From: Camelus dromedarius
Lineage: Eukaryota
Assembly: GCF_036321535.1 (NCBI RefSeq)
Contig: NC_087436.1
Location: forward strand, 117,554,001-117,618,000
DNA length: 64,000 nt
Reading direction: 5' to 3'
Part shown: positions 48,331-62,861 of the stretch, one piece after another
Layout: each line of letters begins with the position of its first letter
How positions within the stretch are numbered: the first letter of the stretch is position 1
Notes under the pieces: model-generated
What the model saw: only the letters and a program-made list of their open reading frames with translations
Databases searched by the model: none
What the model was told of the DNA's origin: nothing
Position numbers and translations under genes: made by a program

Positions 48331-49254
48331 TCCTAACATGCCCCTTAGTATTTCACAGATACCTGTGAACACTTCCCACATTACAAGTATTTACCTGTAA
48401 CCCCTGCTAGACTTCAATTAAGTTCTTTGACATCAGGATCTATATCCTATTCATTTTTGTATCTCCAGTAGCGCCTAACTGTTGGAAGGAGGAAATGAGG
48501 GAAAAAAGGAAATCCAACAGAAAAGGCTTCAAGATCTGGTAACTCCTGACATCCTAGTCATATTAAAAAGGAATCACAAGACTGCCCTTAGCTAACTGTG
48601 TGAACAAACAAACGAAGAGGGCTATGCTGGCTATTTTGCGAATTGCTCGCCTAGAGGGTCAGTGTGGTGCATCCAGAAGGTGCAGCATCAACATGTGAAC
48701 CATCGAGACTGTGCAGTCCAGCGTGCTGCACGGAGGTGGTCTGTCCTCACGGAGCCGGGGCTCCTCCCTCCATCTGACTGATGGTCCACAGGGACGAGTT
48801 TTCATGTCAGCAAGCTGTGGTTCTGATCACACTGCTGAATTATATGAAATATGTCTCCACCAGAGAGGATGGATGTGGACCAAGAATAGAGACTCCATTA
48901 CTAACATAAGCTGTGGTTTAAAGTAAGAATTGAACTGAAGTTACAAGAGAAAAAGGAAAGGAATGCAATATTTACTTTCTCCTCCGGACCAGTCACATTA
49001 AGCGGGTTATTTCACTTAATTCTGACAACAACCCTGTGGAAACAGATTTTTAATTAGTGGAAAGAAACCAAAATCCTGAGCAGCAGTATCGGCGACAAAG
49101 CTGGAACTGAAGTCCTAATTGTGCCGTACGAGCACAGGCTCCCTCCTAAACTGATGAACATGTCGGTATTTTCTAGTTTCATTTGACATTAAAGTCACTA
49201 TAATGCCTGCTGTATATTGTTACTTCACTGGTTTAAAAAATCTCCCACTTAATA

Positions 49255-49535
49255 TTTAATGATATTAAGGAATTAAAAAGAATTTTTCTTTAGGTGTGAT
49301 AACAGTATGTACTATGATCATGTTTTTAAAATCCCTATCTTTTAGAAAGGTACTGAAAATTTATAAATAAAATGATATGATACCTGGGATTTGCTCCAAC
49401 ATAATATGGGGGTGGAGAGAAACAGGAAACAGGATCAGTCATGTGTCAGTAACTGGACATGGGCACGTGCATACGTGGGCTCCTTACAACTATCTGTCTA
49501 CTTTAGTGTATATGTGGCATTTTCCTTAATAAAAC
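49255..49535 (+). mobile_element. Old L1 (L1MC/ME-like) 3' end
   Basis: gatattaaggaatt...taggtgtgataa...ctgggatttgctccaa...ttccttaataaaa. Confidence 0.65.
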
Positions 49536-49759
49536 ACTATTTTTCTAAAATATGCCATCTTATACTCTCTTTTAACATTTTGGTGATTCTGAAGTACAGG
49601 ATTTCTGCTGCCAAACTAGTAATAACTCACACTTGAACCAACTCAATCCCGCCACAAATCTCTAGTTTATTTCTAAGTACTTGTAAGCTTTGTTAAAAGT
49701 TCCATTTAAGAAGATCAATGACACTTAAAAAAATCAACAACGAAAAGTTCTTTGAGGGT

Positions 49760-49965
49760 TTACTACATGCCGGGCACGACCCCAAGACCTCTGCGCGCAC
49801 TAGCTCATTGAACTCTCCCAGCAGCCCCCAGGAGATGAGTAACACTGTCACGCCTGTTTTACAGCTAAGAAAACTGAGTCAGAGAGAGGGCAAAGAATTT
49901 GCTCAGGGACACACGGGGTGAAGCCTGGAAGGAATCCAGCATTCTAACTATCAGGCTTGAATTCT
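49760..49965 (-). mobile_element. MIR SINE
   Basis: gttttacagctaagaaaactgagtcagagagaggg...ttgctcagggacacac. Confidence 0.65.
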
Positions 49966-52852
49966 TAACCCCCAGACTGAAGCACAGGTTTTTGGCAGGT
50001 GGCAGGTGTAGTTTTCTAGAATAGTCACCACGAAGGGGGATGACTGGGAACGAGAAAAGCGTCCAGCGAACAACGTTGAGCTGTTTTTTCCTGTATCTGT
50101 ATTCAACAACGCACTGCACACCTGACATTCCCAACAGTGACCGCCACGTACTGAGACCAACCACGTGTGTGCCAGGCAGTGCAGATAAACTGAGGCCCCT
50201 GCAAGGTCACAGGCTAAGAGGGGCAGAACTGGAATAGAGCACAGGTCTATGTGACTCTAAGGCTAAGTTATTTATTCTCTATTATACTGTCAAAAGACTA
50301 ATAAACCACTGCTACTTAGCTTATTTAAGTTTGACGCTTTTCTTCACAGAAATATAAACTGGGTTTCAAGTGAGAGTATTTGTATATATTGATTTTTTTT
50401 TTTTAATGTTTAGACTACAGTGGGCATAGAAAGATCTGCAAGAGAGGTTTTTGGAATGCTTCTGCACAGAGTGCTCATTTAAAAAGTCACTTAGATGACA
50501 GAGTAGGAACACGCGCACATCCAAAGTGACTGCTTTCACCGCTGAAGTCGCCTCCTCCAAGCTCCGCTGCTGTTCCCTGTGCTTGCGACAGAGGAGGCCT
50601 GGGGTCGCAAGTACCACGGGGACGCTGGAAGGAAGGCTCACAACAATGAGCAAGGAAACAGGATGGTCAGAAAGACTGGCGGTACCATGGTCACCCATTC
50701 ACTGAGTATCAATCATCAAACCACCTCAAAACACAGTTTAAACAAGAAATGAAGGTGACGTCCAGGGCCGGGTCCCTTCCCCGTATCTGAGTCCGTCTCC
50801 ATCCACCCTGAGGGTGGGGTGGGGGTAGGCCCAGGAGCAGACTCTGGGCAAAGGACTGGGGGTGGAGCAGCATAGACAGGAGAGAGATGGGTAAGAAACC
50901 AAGGAGCTGGCCTAGGTTCCCAGTTCTCATCTCTGCTCCATCTCTGCCACTGACTCTACAGGGGACCCTGTCGGGCCTCGGCGGAGGGACTGAGCTGGAC
51001 TAACTTCCTGTTCTGTCTCTGACCCCTCACTCTTGCAGCTGAGGGCAGAGGACGACTTCCTGGTGTGGGACCTGGAGAAGGGAGTGAGCTCGCTCGGCAG
51101 CCGGCAGCAGAGGGGCAGTTTGGGCTCATGCTCCACCCAGATTTGGCCACAAATCTAAAGCCAGCTTCTCCACTTGGTGTTTTCATCTTCTGACTCCTGT
51201 ACTCCTTTCAGGTAGTTCCAGAATTGGGCTGGGAAGAAAGGGGTGTTTTTTATAAGCTCCTAAACTCTTAACCTTTGCCAACTGAAATTTTGAGCAAGTT
51301 GCTTAATCTCCCTGAGCTTCACTACAAAGGGAGAGTGGTAAAAACGAGTCTTTAAAGACAACAGTAGCAGGAGGTAACAGCCAACTCTGAGTGCGTGCTG
51401 TGTCGCCAATCTAAATGCTGTGAGTGCATTATCTCATTTACTTCTCCCATTAACCCTATGGGATAGGTTCCATGATAATCCCATTTTACAGATGAGAAGA
51501 CACATTTTGTATAAATGATTCAGAATAAAAGGGAGACGGTGACTCCCAAACCAAGTGCCTGTGGGCTTTCCTTCTCAGCAAGTCTCCCACAGAGGTGACC
51601 CTCGTCCCATCTGAGCACAGTGGGTCTCTGAGGGGTGCTGTTACCAGAGTGCACGCGGAATGCTTTGAGATCACAAGTACCCAACGCTAAGATGACTTGT
51701 TCTGGTCAAACGCACAAAGCCAACAGCCACACTCCAGCATCAGCCAGGATATGGCTTCTCCAAGAAGCTGATACTCAGCCGAACGAGTTATTTAAGCTCC
51801 ATTCTAAAACTGCAGGCATTTATCTGACTCATCCCTTTCTCTGAAGATAAATCTAGTTCACTTTTAAGTGACTGTAGTTTAATAAGGCTAATTCCAAAAA
51901 TCATCAAGACATTGAAGTTCTCCACACACGTGCCACATAAGCCGACTGACTACAACGCAGTCCCGGTGTCCTTGTGTTAGATGCATCTGACAGGGAAATA
52001 GATTCTCACATGACCTGTTCTTACACATGAAGCTTTTACTAGGAGACACCAAACAAAAACACCCCAATATGTGCACCCAGGAGAACTGCTCCCACGGGTG
52101 AATGTGTGTTGTTGACACGGACTCAGCCCCATGGATGGTTTTCCCACAAGCATACTGTCGAAGGGGGAGGAAGCAAGGTTGCCCACAGCACGTACTGTGT
52201 GATCTAGTTACGTGAAATACATGACACACGTACCAAAGCTGTGTCTGCAGACAGAGGAACCTCAGAGGCGGCTCATCAGGATACTAATGGCTGTCTGGGT
52301 GGTGGGACCTGGAGACCTTGCTTTCTTCCTAATACCTTTCCAGACCTTAAAATTTTCTACAATTTGTATATATGATTTTTGTAATCAGACAAAAACTGTT
52401 TCTAAACAAAAAGGTAAATCTTCCCACATACTTCCCTGACCGAAAATGTAGACGCCTCAGGACCACAGGATCAAGTCCAATTCCGTAAACCCGAGGTGCT
52501 GAGGAGTTCCTGTCCCTGCTGATTCTCCAGACTCAGAGCCCTCCCCAACCTCCCAACCCTAGCCTTCTGATTTACTCCGACTCACACGACTCTGGTCCAG
52601 GGACCCACCTCCTAGAAGTCTTCTCTGCCATTCCCAGGCTGGGTTAAGGACCTCTTGCAGGCGTAACTCTTTCAGAGATGCCGCTATCTGGTTCTGAAAC
52701 GTTTTCACATCTGAGCATGTGACTAACCCAAAGTGGGTCCTCAAAAATGATTTCATGCTCCGCGTGGAACTGCTTTTCCATCATCTTCAAGAATCACTAG
52801 CAGGGTAAAATAAACTCCAAACACAGCACGTCTGCTGCGTACTTGACACCGT

Positions 52853-52868
52853 CCACTAGATGGCAGCA
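52853..52868 (+). promoter_or_regulatory. CTCF motif (forward), near-consensus
   Basis: CCACTAGATGGCAGCA fits CCASYAGRKGGCRS at every position. Confidence 0.6.
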
Positions 52869-55859
52869 CAAGTACTGGAGCAGTGCAATAACAAGAAATG
52901 CCAAAAGTATCCATTTTTTCCAAGGGCTTTAACATTTTCTCTGGTTCTTTATTTTTGATCTAGAATCACAGGAGATTATTAAAAGTTAATTGTGGCTGCA
53001 CAAGCTGAAGCTGGAATGACATTGTTTGCAAATATACACGTGCATTTGGATGAGTCCAAGGCCTTAAACCACCACACCCCAGGCAGGCTCCACACAAAGG
53101 CAGCTCCAGGAGCGGGAGCGGGGCTGCCACCTGCCGTCCCCGGCGGCATCCCGGCCCCGTTCACGTGTGTCCCCCACAGAACAGACCTGCGAGCTGCTCC
53201 TTCACGGGTGTTTTGTAATCACCCAAAGCAAGATAAACTGTAAAACAAAAACCCTGGTACAAGTTCTTCTCAGAGGCCGACTGCAATTTAACTGTAGGGA
53301 GCGTTCAAGGCAGTCAGTCAGAAGTGTCCTCTGCAGATCACAGCAGTGGTTAGACTTGCAGAGACCCGCCCACCACCACCACAATAGGAATTCTGTCCCT
53401 CTGGCACGCACAACACTTCCAACAAAGACCTGATTGATTATGAAACACTGAGTGCCAATTTGCATAATTTGCCTCTGCAAGAAACGACCATTGTTCAAGA
53501 TTAAAGAGACTCCAGTACGTCCCTCTGGCATATTGTAAAAAGTTCCCTGTAACACAAAATCGTTCTTTTTTTCATTCAATCAGTGGACACAGCCCGCTGT
53601 TCAGTTTCGTATGCAGCCAAAGGCACAGTGAGAACAACCACTGTTGTGTAAATGTTTGCCAACTACCGATAAGCTAAAATGACTTCACAGGGATCATGTT
53701 CCCAAGTGTAATTTGGGGCCCACTAACTAAACTGCAAATCCAGTCCCTTCAGTCTTAATTGAAAAATGCATCAACGTGAATTACAGCTAAAAGTTCAGAA
53801 CCGTCAGGGCTCTGAAGCGTGACGCCCCTGCTGAAGTCACAGTGGAGGCTGCCGGAGTCCTGTCTCTGTCCCTGTCCCCGTGCTGGAGAAGCTCCCAGGG
53901 ACTAGTCACCCACAGAAGAGGCCGGCAAGACACCCCCGAGGCGGCGGGCAGCGCAGCCAGGGATGGAGGGAGAACGTGCAGACTGTTCCTTTTGCTTTGC
54001 TCCCTTTCAGCAGCTGTTCAGTCAGCACGCGAGTACACCGAGGACACACGCTGGGCCCCCATCGCTCCCCCAACGTGTACTGCTCCCCACTTCCCTCTAG
54101 GCACGTGGGGCTCTGTGGGGGCGGCTCTCCTGGAGCGCGGGCCTCCCTTGGCCTCCAGGACTCTGTCTCTCCAGGTTCTTCTTCAACCTCTGACAATTTG
54201 TCTTCACCTTCCCTCGTGGCCGCCTCCGCCCCTGCAGACCTCTGACCCTTAACGAAGTTCAGCCCTTACGCATTCTCACTAAACCCACTCGTTCCCACAG
54301 AGCCGAACCTCGGATCTGCAGAAAACGCCCACCCTGCCGCCTGGCTCCTGTGTCCCAGGGGAGCGTATTCAGCTGCCTGCTGGGTGTCCCCTGGTGCCTC
54401 AGCCACGTGCACACGACCCTCCTGACTTACTCTCAGGCCCTCCCTCTCCTCCCAAAGAGAAAGGGTCCCCCTCTCTTGATTCCCAAGTTAGGAAATCTCA
54501 GGGCATTTTAGACTCTCCCCTTTTTTTCACCCAACAAATTAGCCTGCTCAGCCACTCCACTTGGTGAACATCTGCCAAAGGAACGGGCACTCACCGCCCG
54601 GCTTCTCCTCCTGCAGCCATGCCAGAGTCCAGAGCTGCAGACCCTTCCCCAAGCCAGCCCCTCCTTCCACCTCCACCCTTGGGCACCCACTGTCCTCTCC
54701 ACCTGCAACATCTTCTTTCTCACGGACCAAACTTCTACTCAAATGTGCTGCGCCAAGGAGCTTTCAGAATATGGCATTCTGGGTTCCCTTCCCACTTTCT
54801 CTGTGTGATGCCTTCTGTGAGGCAAGCTGTGAGTGTCTGTTCACTGAATGTTGTCAATGTTAGCTGCACCTATGTTGTACATGTTACACACACACACACA
54901 TATATACATAAAATATAAATATTAGTTGAATACATAAAGTGTTCTACCCCATCAGTCTGGAAACCTCATTAGAAAAAAAAAAAAGAAAGGTGTTCTTGAT
55001 CTGAGGAAACTGTCATCAGCAGTTAAATAACCTGTTTTGGAATTTTGGTGAGAACCAGTACCAACCTTGCTGGTCTGCAGTTTCCAGAATTCAGCCTATG
55101 TTTTTTAACAGAGAAGGAGAAATGTGTGCATGAAAGAGGAGAGAGATTGACTTCTCTAGTTCCACCCTTCTATGCTTCATAGATCCTGAGCAGCAGACAA
55201 TGGGGACAGTTACACAAAGGGGACAAGGATGGTTAACACCAGCTGAGATGAACTTACTGGTCTAATTTCTGATAATAGCAATTAACCTTCAAATAACCTG
55301 AAAGGTACTGCTTTCTCTTATTAAGCCCCTATCTCCTTTAAGAAGTTTGGAAATTAGAAACATAAAATCTCAGATCCTTAGTGTTAAGGACACTATGAGC
55401 AAACTCATGACAATTTCAGAAGTCGAGGAGCACCACACGTACATAATGACCCAGGAAGCTCCAGGCAATTCCATTTTAAAACAGGACTATGCCTCTTCTC
55501 CTCAAGAAAAAGCAAAATCCTGTCACGTTCTCAGCCTTTCCCTCCTCAACCGTTTTGCCCCAGCTTTCTTTTACATCTCTCTGTCCCCATGGGCACACTT
55601 TAATTAAACATTTTAACCACCATTCTTCGGGCTCCCCAAACTGCACTGATTTGGCGGGGCGCACATCCCCTCCATTTCCAGAGCTCAGCCCACCCCTGGC
55701 CTACTTGACCTCGCTATTTGCTGGATGACACAGAGTAGGACACAAGGAGACACCGCCCCGCTCTGTCTGTGTGTGGGGAGCCCACTGCCTCTTCCAGGTC
55801 ACCCTCCCACTTCAAGCAGCACTTGGAATAAAGTTCAGCTATTTTGTCCCCGACCCCCA

Positions 55860-56150
55860 CGCAAGTCTTCTCTCTTCTGTAGGCTAAACATTCTCAAACC
55901 CTTCCGGAACTCTCTACAGGAAATACACTTGTGCTTGCTGGTCACACATATGACTCTCTGAATGCAGGAATTTACTGGCCTCAAAAAGCAAATGTGGTTC
56001 CAAGAATGGACGCAGTACTCGGTGTCAACAGGAGATGCAGAGGGAGCAGAACCATCGTCCACCTCGTTCTGCCTCTGGGCTTCCACGAACGCCACCCAGG
56101 GAGATGCTCACCTGCATGTCACTGGGTCAGGCTGGCTTAACATCAACTAA
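55860..56150 (-). mobile_element. Probable CR1/L3 LINE fragment
   Basis: cttctctcttctgtaggctaaacattc and tggacgcagtactc resemble antisense CR1 ORF2 sequence; highly diverged. Confidence 0.4.
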
Positions 56151-56679
56151 AATGATGTTTTCTCTGATAAACCATGTCTTCACTATAGTCACATTTCCCC
56201 CGGCTTCTTGTCATTTGCTGTTCTGATCATTCTGCCATTACGTCATCTGTAACTAAAAAGTATCCATTTAAACAATGGAATGAAAATAGGGCTGAAGTGA
56301 AGCACGGAGTTATAGGCCCTCCTGGTGGACAACCAGCTCAAGTCACAGACACCCTTGTAATCCAAATATTCAGTCCATTAAAAAACAGTTTCCTCCACAG
56401 GAATATCATGGAAATCTCCTGACCTACAACCCGACCCAGAAGTGCACACGAGGCCGGGGGGACATGGCTTGTGCTTCGGGACTGTATGCTGGTTAATCAT
56501 CACCACCAGCTTTTCTGTGTACTTGAAAGCCTTCCCTTCATTTGTTCCCTTGGCAAACAGGTTAAGACCTAGCATGGGCCCAGCACGTGAAAGAGGGAGG
56601 TAATAAAGGACGGAGCAGGGACGGGGGAGGACAGACAGGGAGTTCCACCCCGAGGATCTGACAGGGCTTTGCACAGGGC

Positions 56680-56825
56680 TGTGTACAATGTATGTGTAAG
56701 GTGTGTGTGTGCAGAGTGTGTGTGCAGGGTGTGTGCAGAGGTTGTGTGTGCAAACCGTGTAGAGAGTGCGTGTACAGAGATAAGTATGTAGACCGTGTGC
56801 GGAGAGGGTGTGGGGTGTGCGTGCC
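56680..56825. repeat. Degenerate (TG)n / GTGTGCAGAG low-complexity repeat
   Basis: Repeated gtgtgtgcag(a/g)g units. Confidence 0.8.
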
Positions 56826-57675
56826 CCTTGCTTTCTCCCCACGCTCGGAAAGGCAGAGCACGGACTGCAGGGTGGCTGCCCTGGGCTCAGACCCCAGCGC
56901 TGTCACTGACCGGGGACAGGGCCTGGTCTGCAGAAGTTATTTACCTCCTTTGAGCTCTGACCTCTGAAGTGTACACTGGAGACAGTAACTCGGCAGGTGA
57001 CTACAAGCCATCAATGAAAGTCTCTATAAAGATGTGATTTGGCGCCTGTCACAAAGCAGGTGCTCGGGCACATGAAGGGTCCCCCCGCCTCCTCCATCAC
57101 TGTCAGGTCTCACCTCAGAAGCGGGGTCAGCAGACAGTGGACGCCACAGGGCACTGGATAGAAGGGGAGGTGCGCGACCCTGGGCCACACTAAGGGCTAC
57201 GGCCTGGAAGGTCATTCACTAAATCGTAGCGCTGAGGAGAAGGGAGAGCTGCAGTCAGAGGAACAGACACTGGATCTGCACACATCCAGCAGGGCGTGGA
57301 GGGCAGGTGGAGGTGGCACTAGCCGTGAATTTCCTGACCGCTAACCTTATACCAGGCACCGTCCTCCAAGCTTCATCCCTGACGGCAGCCCGAGGAGATG
57401 GTGCTGTGACTGCCCCCAGGAAGGGGAAGGAAGCTGAGGCCTGGAGAGAGGGTACCTCGCTGCCCAGGGCTGCACAGCGAGTCTGTAACATGTCAGAGCT
57501 GGGCCCCATAGGGCATGGCTGCACAGCCCAACTTTGCCTCCCTGGCAGTGGGTGTTCCCACATCACCACAGTCAGGGGCAAAGGCAGGTATGAGCATGGA
57601 GCACAGCACCAAGGGAGGAGGGGCAGGGGTCCCTGATGCAGGCTCAACTGCATGACAGCGACTGGAAAAGCCTTT

Positions 57676-59549
57676 TTTAAAATTTTCATATTCTTTTTGA
57701 TTATAGATTAGTACAAGATGTCAATATAGTTCCCTGTGCTCTACAGTATAAACTTGTTTATCTATTTTATATGTAGTAGTTAGTAACTGCAAATTTCAAA
57801 CTCCCAATTTATCCCTTCCCACCCCTGCCCCCCCATTACCATAAGTTTGTTTTCTATGTCTGTGAGTCTATTTCTGTTTCGTGAATAAGTTCATTTGTAT
57901 CATTTTTTTTAGATTCCACATAAGTGATATAATATGGTATTTGTCTTTCTCTTTCTGGCTTACTTCACTTAGAGTGACAATCTCCAAGTCCATCCATGTT
58001 GCTGCAAATGGCATTATTTTATTCTTTTTTATGGCTGAGTAGTATTCCATTGTATACAAATACCACAGCTTCTTTACCCAGCCATCTGTCAATGGACATC
58101 TAGGTTGTTTCTATGTCTTGGCTATTGTAAATAGTGCTTCTGTGAACACTGGGGTTTGTGTATCTTTTCAGATTAGAGTTCCCTCTGGATATATGCCCAG
58201 AAGTGGGATTGCTGGATCATATGATTAAGTCTGTTTTTAGTTTTTTGAGGAATCTCCATACTGTTTTCCATAATGGCTGCACTAAACTACATTCCCACCA
58301 GCAGTGAAGGAGGGTTCCCTTTTCTCCACAGCCTCTCCAGCATTTATTGTTTGTGGACTTTTGAATGATGGCCATTCTGACTGGTGTGAGGTGATATCTC
58401 ATTGTAGTTTTGATTTGCGTTTCTCTGATAATTAGTGATATTGAGCACTTTTTCATGTGCCTATTGGTTATTTGTATTTCTTCACTGGAGAATTGCTTGT
58501 TTAGGTCTTCTGCCCATTTTTGGATTGGGTTGTTTGCTTTTTATTATTGTTATATGAGCTGTTTGTATATTCTGGAAATTAAACCTTTGTCAGTTGCATC
58601 ATTTGCAAATATTTTCTCCCATTCTGTAGGTTGTCGTTTTTTTTTGCTTATTGTTTCCTTTGCTGTGCAAAAGCTCATAAATTTAGTTAGGTCCCATTTG
58701 TTTATTTTTGCTTTTATTTCTATTGCCTGGGTAGACTGCCCTAGGAGAACACTGTGAAGATTTATGTCAGATAATGTTTTGCCAATGTTTTCTTCTAGGA
58801 GGTTTATCGTGTCTTATCTTATATTTAAGTCTTTGATCCATTTTGAGTTTATTTGTGTGTGTGGTGTGAGTATTCTAACTTAACTGATTTACATGTGGCT
58901 GTCCAGTTTTCCCAACACTACTTGCTGAAGAGACTGTCCTTTTTTCGTTGTGTATTCTTGCTTCCTTTGTCAAAGATTAATTGACTGTAGGTCTGTGGTT
59001 TTATTTCTAGGCTCTCTATTCTGTTCCATTGATCCATATGCCTGTTTTTATGCCAATACCATGCAGTTTTGATTACTGTAGCTCTGTAGTATTGTCTAAA
59101 GTCTGAGAGGGTTATTCCTCCAGCTTCGTTCTTTTTCTTCAATATTGCTTTGGCAATTCTGGGTCTTCTGTGATTCCATATAAATTTTAGGATTATTTGT
59201 TCTAGTTCTGTGAAAAATGTCCTGGGTAATTTGATAGGGATCGCATTAAATCTATAGATTGCTTTGGGTAGTATGGCCATTTTAACAATATTGATTCTTC
59301 CAATTCAAGAACATGGGATATTTTTCTATGTCTTTAAGTCATCTTTAATTTCCTTAGTCAATGTTTTGTAGTTCTCCGCCTATAAGTCTTTCACTTCCTT
59401 GGTCAGATTTATTCCTAAGTATTTTATTTTGGGAGATGTGACTGTAAAAGGGATTGTTTCTTTCCTTTCCTGATATTTCATTGTTAGTGTAAAGAAATAC
59501 CACTGATTTCTGTATGTTGATCTTGTATCCTGCTACCTTGCCAAATTTT
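57676..59549 (-). mobile_element. Relatively young 5'-truncated L1 (artiodactyl/camelid type), same orientation as STX18
   Basis: ORF2 remnants [19 protein letters not shown]..., the CCHC knuckle [18 protein letters not shown] and ...YTMEYYSAIKKN... in shifted frames; 3' UTR present; TSD tggaaaagccttt (57663-57675) / tggaaaagacttt (59550-59562). Confidence 0.93.
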
Positions 59550-62500
59550 TGGAAAAGACTTTCTTGACAGCAGCTTGGGAACAACCCATCTGAGCAGCAC
59601 CAGCTCCTAAAAAGAGCTGACCTGGGACAGGTGCTCTGGGCTCTCCTGGGCTCTGGCCACCTCCACGGCGGAGCCAGGCCTCACGTCAAGCTTGACTTCG
59701 GTGCCTGAGGTGAAGAGCACACACCTGTCCGCACAGCCCCTAGAAAGGCCGCACTGGATCCCAACACACACTCCTGCCACGAGTTCAGAACAGCTCGTTT
59801 CCCCCCTGAGTTGGAAAACAGACCTGTTTCCTCAGCTGTGCATCAGAGGAAGTGGCTGCTTTGAGTTTTATGAGCCATGATGAGAGCAAAAATGCTGATC
59901 CTAGACGCTAGAATCACAGGCAGTGAGGCAGATACTCTTCCTAGAAGGGCCCTGGGGGAACAAAACCACGGAAGGGGACAGCAATTCCCAACCCCAGCTC
60001 ACCCTCACCGCAGGGCTCGCACACGCGGACTGGACAACGGGTACCAGTGAAACCGGCTTCGCTTTTCAGCCCCACACACAGTTACCTCCTGCCCGGTCAG
60101 TTTCTGTGGGACGTGTCTCCAGACAGCTCCCCCTCACTCCCCATTCCGGGCTCTGTGCTCGGCTCACAGCACCTGCCTTTCCCGCAGTGCAGGTACCCCC
60201 TCCAGGAATGGTCTGCCACACCCCTTCCCGGGGACCACCGTTCACACTGCCCTTAGGGGGCCCACATCCACTTCACTCTTCTGTAAGCCACAGCAGGCTT
60301 CCAAGCAGAAGGTGTGTGGCCAGTCAGCTCCAGGCAGGGACAGGACCCCGCTTCTGGCCACGCGCACTGGGACTTGGAGGCAGGCCAAGGGCCTGGGGCT
60401 CACTGCTCACCTGCACGCTGCAAAGGTGAGACAAGAAGGTCCTTCCACTCAGGAATTTCAAGAGAATTTCTAATGTTCAGTCAGCTTGAAAGTTCCTTCT
60501 GACCAAACACTACTGGCTTCTTTTCACTCCTTTCACACTCTTCAAAGTTCCCAGCATGATTTGAAGGATCCACGTACTTGGGATCCTCGTTTACTAAGGT
60601 TTTTCTTACTTCAGGAAACTTGTCTATAGTTGGAAGCAACCTTGGAAAGTCTGCTTACAGGAAATTAGAAATATTTATAATTGCTCACACATCAATAGGT
60701 AAATAGACAATAAAAGACAGTTTGTAATAGGCAACTAATGTGAACATACATAATGTTGTTGAGTAAATGCGCAACAAAAATGGTGATGGCAAACATGAAC
60801 GTAGTTCCCACTACACACCAGGAGAGCTACAGGGCGTGGTCCCCCCAGCTCCGACGCAGCCACGAGGTGGGGACCATCGTTACTCCCCCTGTACAGGTGG
60901 GAGAGGCTGACCCACTGGCTCACGGTCTCACTAGCCCGTGGCCGGCCGCACTGGAAACCAGGGTCTACTCCAGAGCCTGTATTCCTAACCCTTCCTTGCT
61001 CTTATTTTCCTTCCGAACTTTGAAAAGAGGGACAAGAGGGGAAACACTCCACTTTTATTTGAGTTCCGCAAATTCATGATCCTTAAAAACACGTATGTGT
61101 ATCTTACACAACAAATAGTGTGAAATTCAAATTTGAGTTTCATTTTCTAGGAGGGGGTTATAATGTCTTCAACGTCATGAGTGGCCTTCCAGAAAGAACT
61201 ACAAACTTCAAAGATAAAAGTTCTTGACCCTTTTATGGAGCACAGATGCCTCTGAGACTCTAACCAAAGCTATGTGTCTGAACTATTCGCCTAAGAAAAT
61301 GAATATCCCCACCGATACAGAGACTTCCTGCCTGCCGTGCGGGGCTGCAGTCCCTTGGCTCACTGGCTCAGGTTAAGAACCTCTGATCACAAAACACAAT
61401 TCAACAAACAAGCACACAAACACAGAGGGCAGCTTTTCTTTAAATCTCACGTGTGTAAGGAAGCCTGTCCAGCTCAGCACTTGGAGACAGCCACTGGCCG
61501 CCATCAGCAGAGTTTGTCTGCCCGGCAACACCAACCAGGGATGGGTCGGGGTGGCAGGGGCGCTGGGGCCTGCAGGTGGGGGGGAAAGACTGAGCGACTG
61601 TCATAACCACTCACACGTTGCTTCACAACATGAGGGAAAGGGGAGATGGAAGACAACCACTAACTCTTTACCGCCACCATCAGTCCTTAGTGTTTACCAT
61701 GCTGGTGCATAAATGATCTCATTTAGTTCTCATAACAAATGAGAAAAGAGAAACTAAAGCACAGAGTTGTCAAGTAATGTGCCCACGGTCACACAGCTAG
61801 CAAGCTGAAAAGCCAAGGTCCATGCTCCAAAACAGACTCCAAGCCTGTGCCCTTACATTCTTCAGGCCATGCCTCCGAGCTCGCGCTCTCTGAGGGTAAA
61901 ACTGGAGCTGAAGAACCAGACCAAGGAAGAGTTACCATGTGGCCTTCCACAGCTTCGCACACACCAAACTCATATTTATCGGCTTCTCCAGAAGTATTTG
62001 CTAAGTGTCTTCTAAACTCTTCCAATCCAAGGCAGAAAATACTAAACAAGTAAACACACTTACACTCCACTGTAGTATACCCCACATCTCAGGAATACGT
62101 TTACTCCCTTTTGTGGTCAAAAATTAAAAGACTTAAAAAAATTATATGTCCAAAGAGAACTATGTGACGTTTGTTTCAGATTCCCAAAGTCTGGCAAGGT
62201 TCCTAACTCAACAGATCTCTGTTGGAAAAGTGACAGATTTGATTAGGAAGTTGTGATCTGAAAATAAACATTAAGGAACAGCTATACCTAAAACTGGTGG
62301 TTATGATGTATTACGTTTTTTTTAATTTGGCATTTTCTCACGTTGTTTCCGCAGATGCTTTAGTGTACACCAAAGGCACACACTCTCCATGACAGACAGC
62401 CAACAACTGATGACCCAGCTGATAACCAGCAGCAGCTCCTCCTCCCGTATGTCGAACAGCTCAGCAGTAGAGCATAAGGTTCGTGGCAACAAACAGTTCT

Positions 62501-62861
62501 ACCCAAACGCAGTCTCCTATTATTCACGCAAAAACATAAAATCTTCAGACTGAATGCTGCCCTATTGACATTTTAAAAAAATGATCTTTTTGTTTTAATT
62601 ATAATATCAATTATGAGGAGCAAATGTTTGTGGAGATGGCAAGGACCCCCACATACACCTATGTAAGCGGGAAAATCACAAATAAAACGGACATATCACA
62701 GCTTCTCCCAGTCTCCTTCTCCTGGGGTTCTAGCCCTCGGTAGAAATTATGAGCTGGGAACAACGTGGAACCTCACTTATTTGCAAGCCAAGGGCAAGAG
62801 TTACAACAGCACAGACCAGCTCTCTAAACCTTCTACTCAGCGCGGCAAATGCAGGTCCCGC

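Noticed and set aside
49800..55000. Possible orthologue of the human intronic lncRNA STX18-IT1
   Set aside because: Position is only guessed from recalled human annotation; no exon structure can be supported from the sequence.
56378..56967. His/Thr-rich and Cys/Val-rich ORFs
   Set aside because: Translation artefacts of the (TG)n-like low-complexity repeat.
57868..59584. Protein-like ORFs
   Set aside because: Frameshifted remnants of L1 ORF2 in a 5'-truncated copy, not a host gene or an active element.
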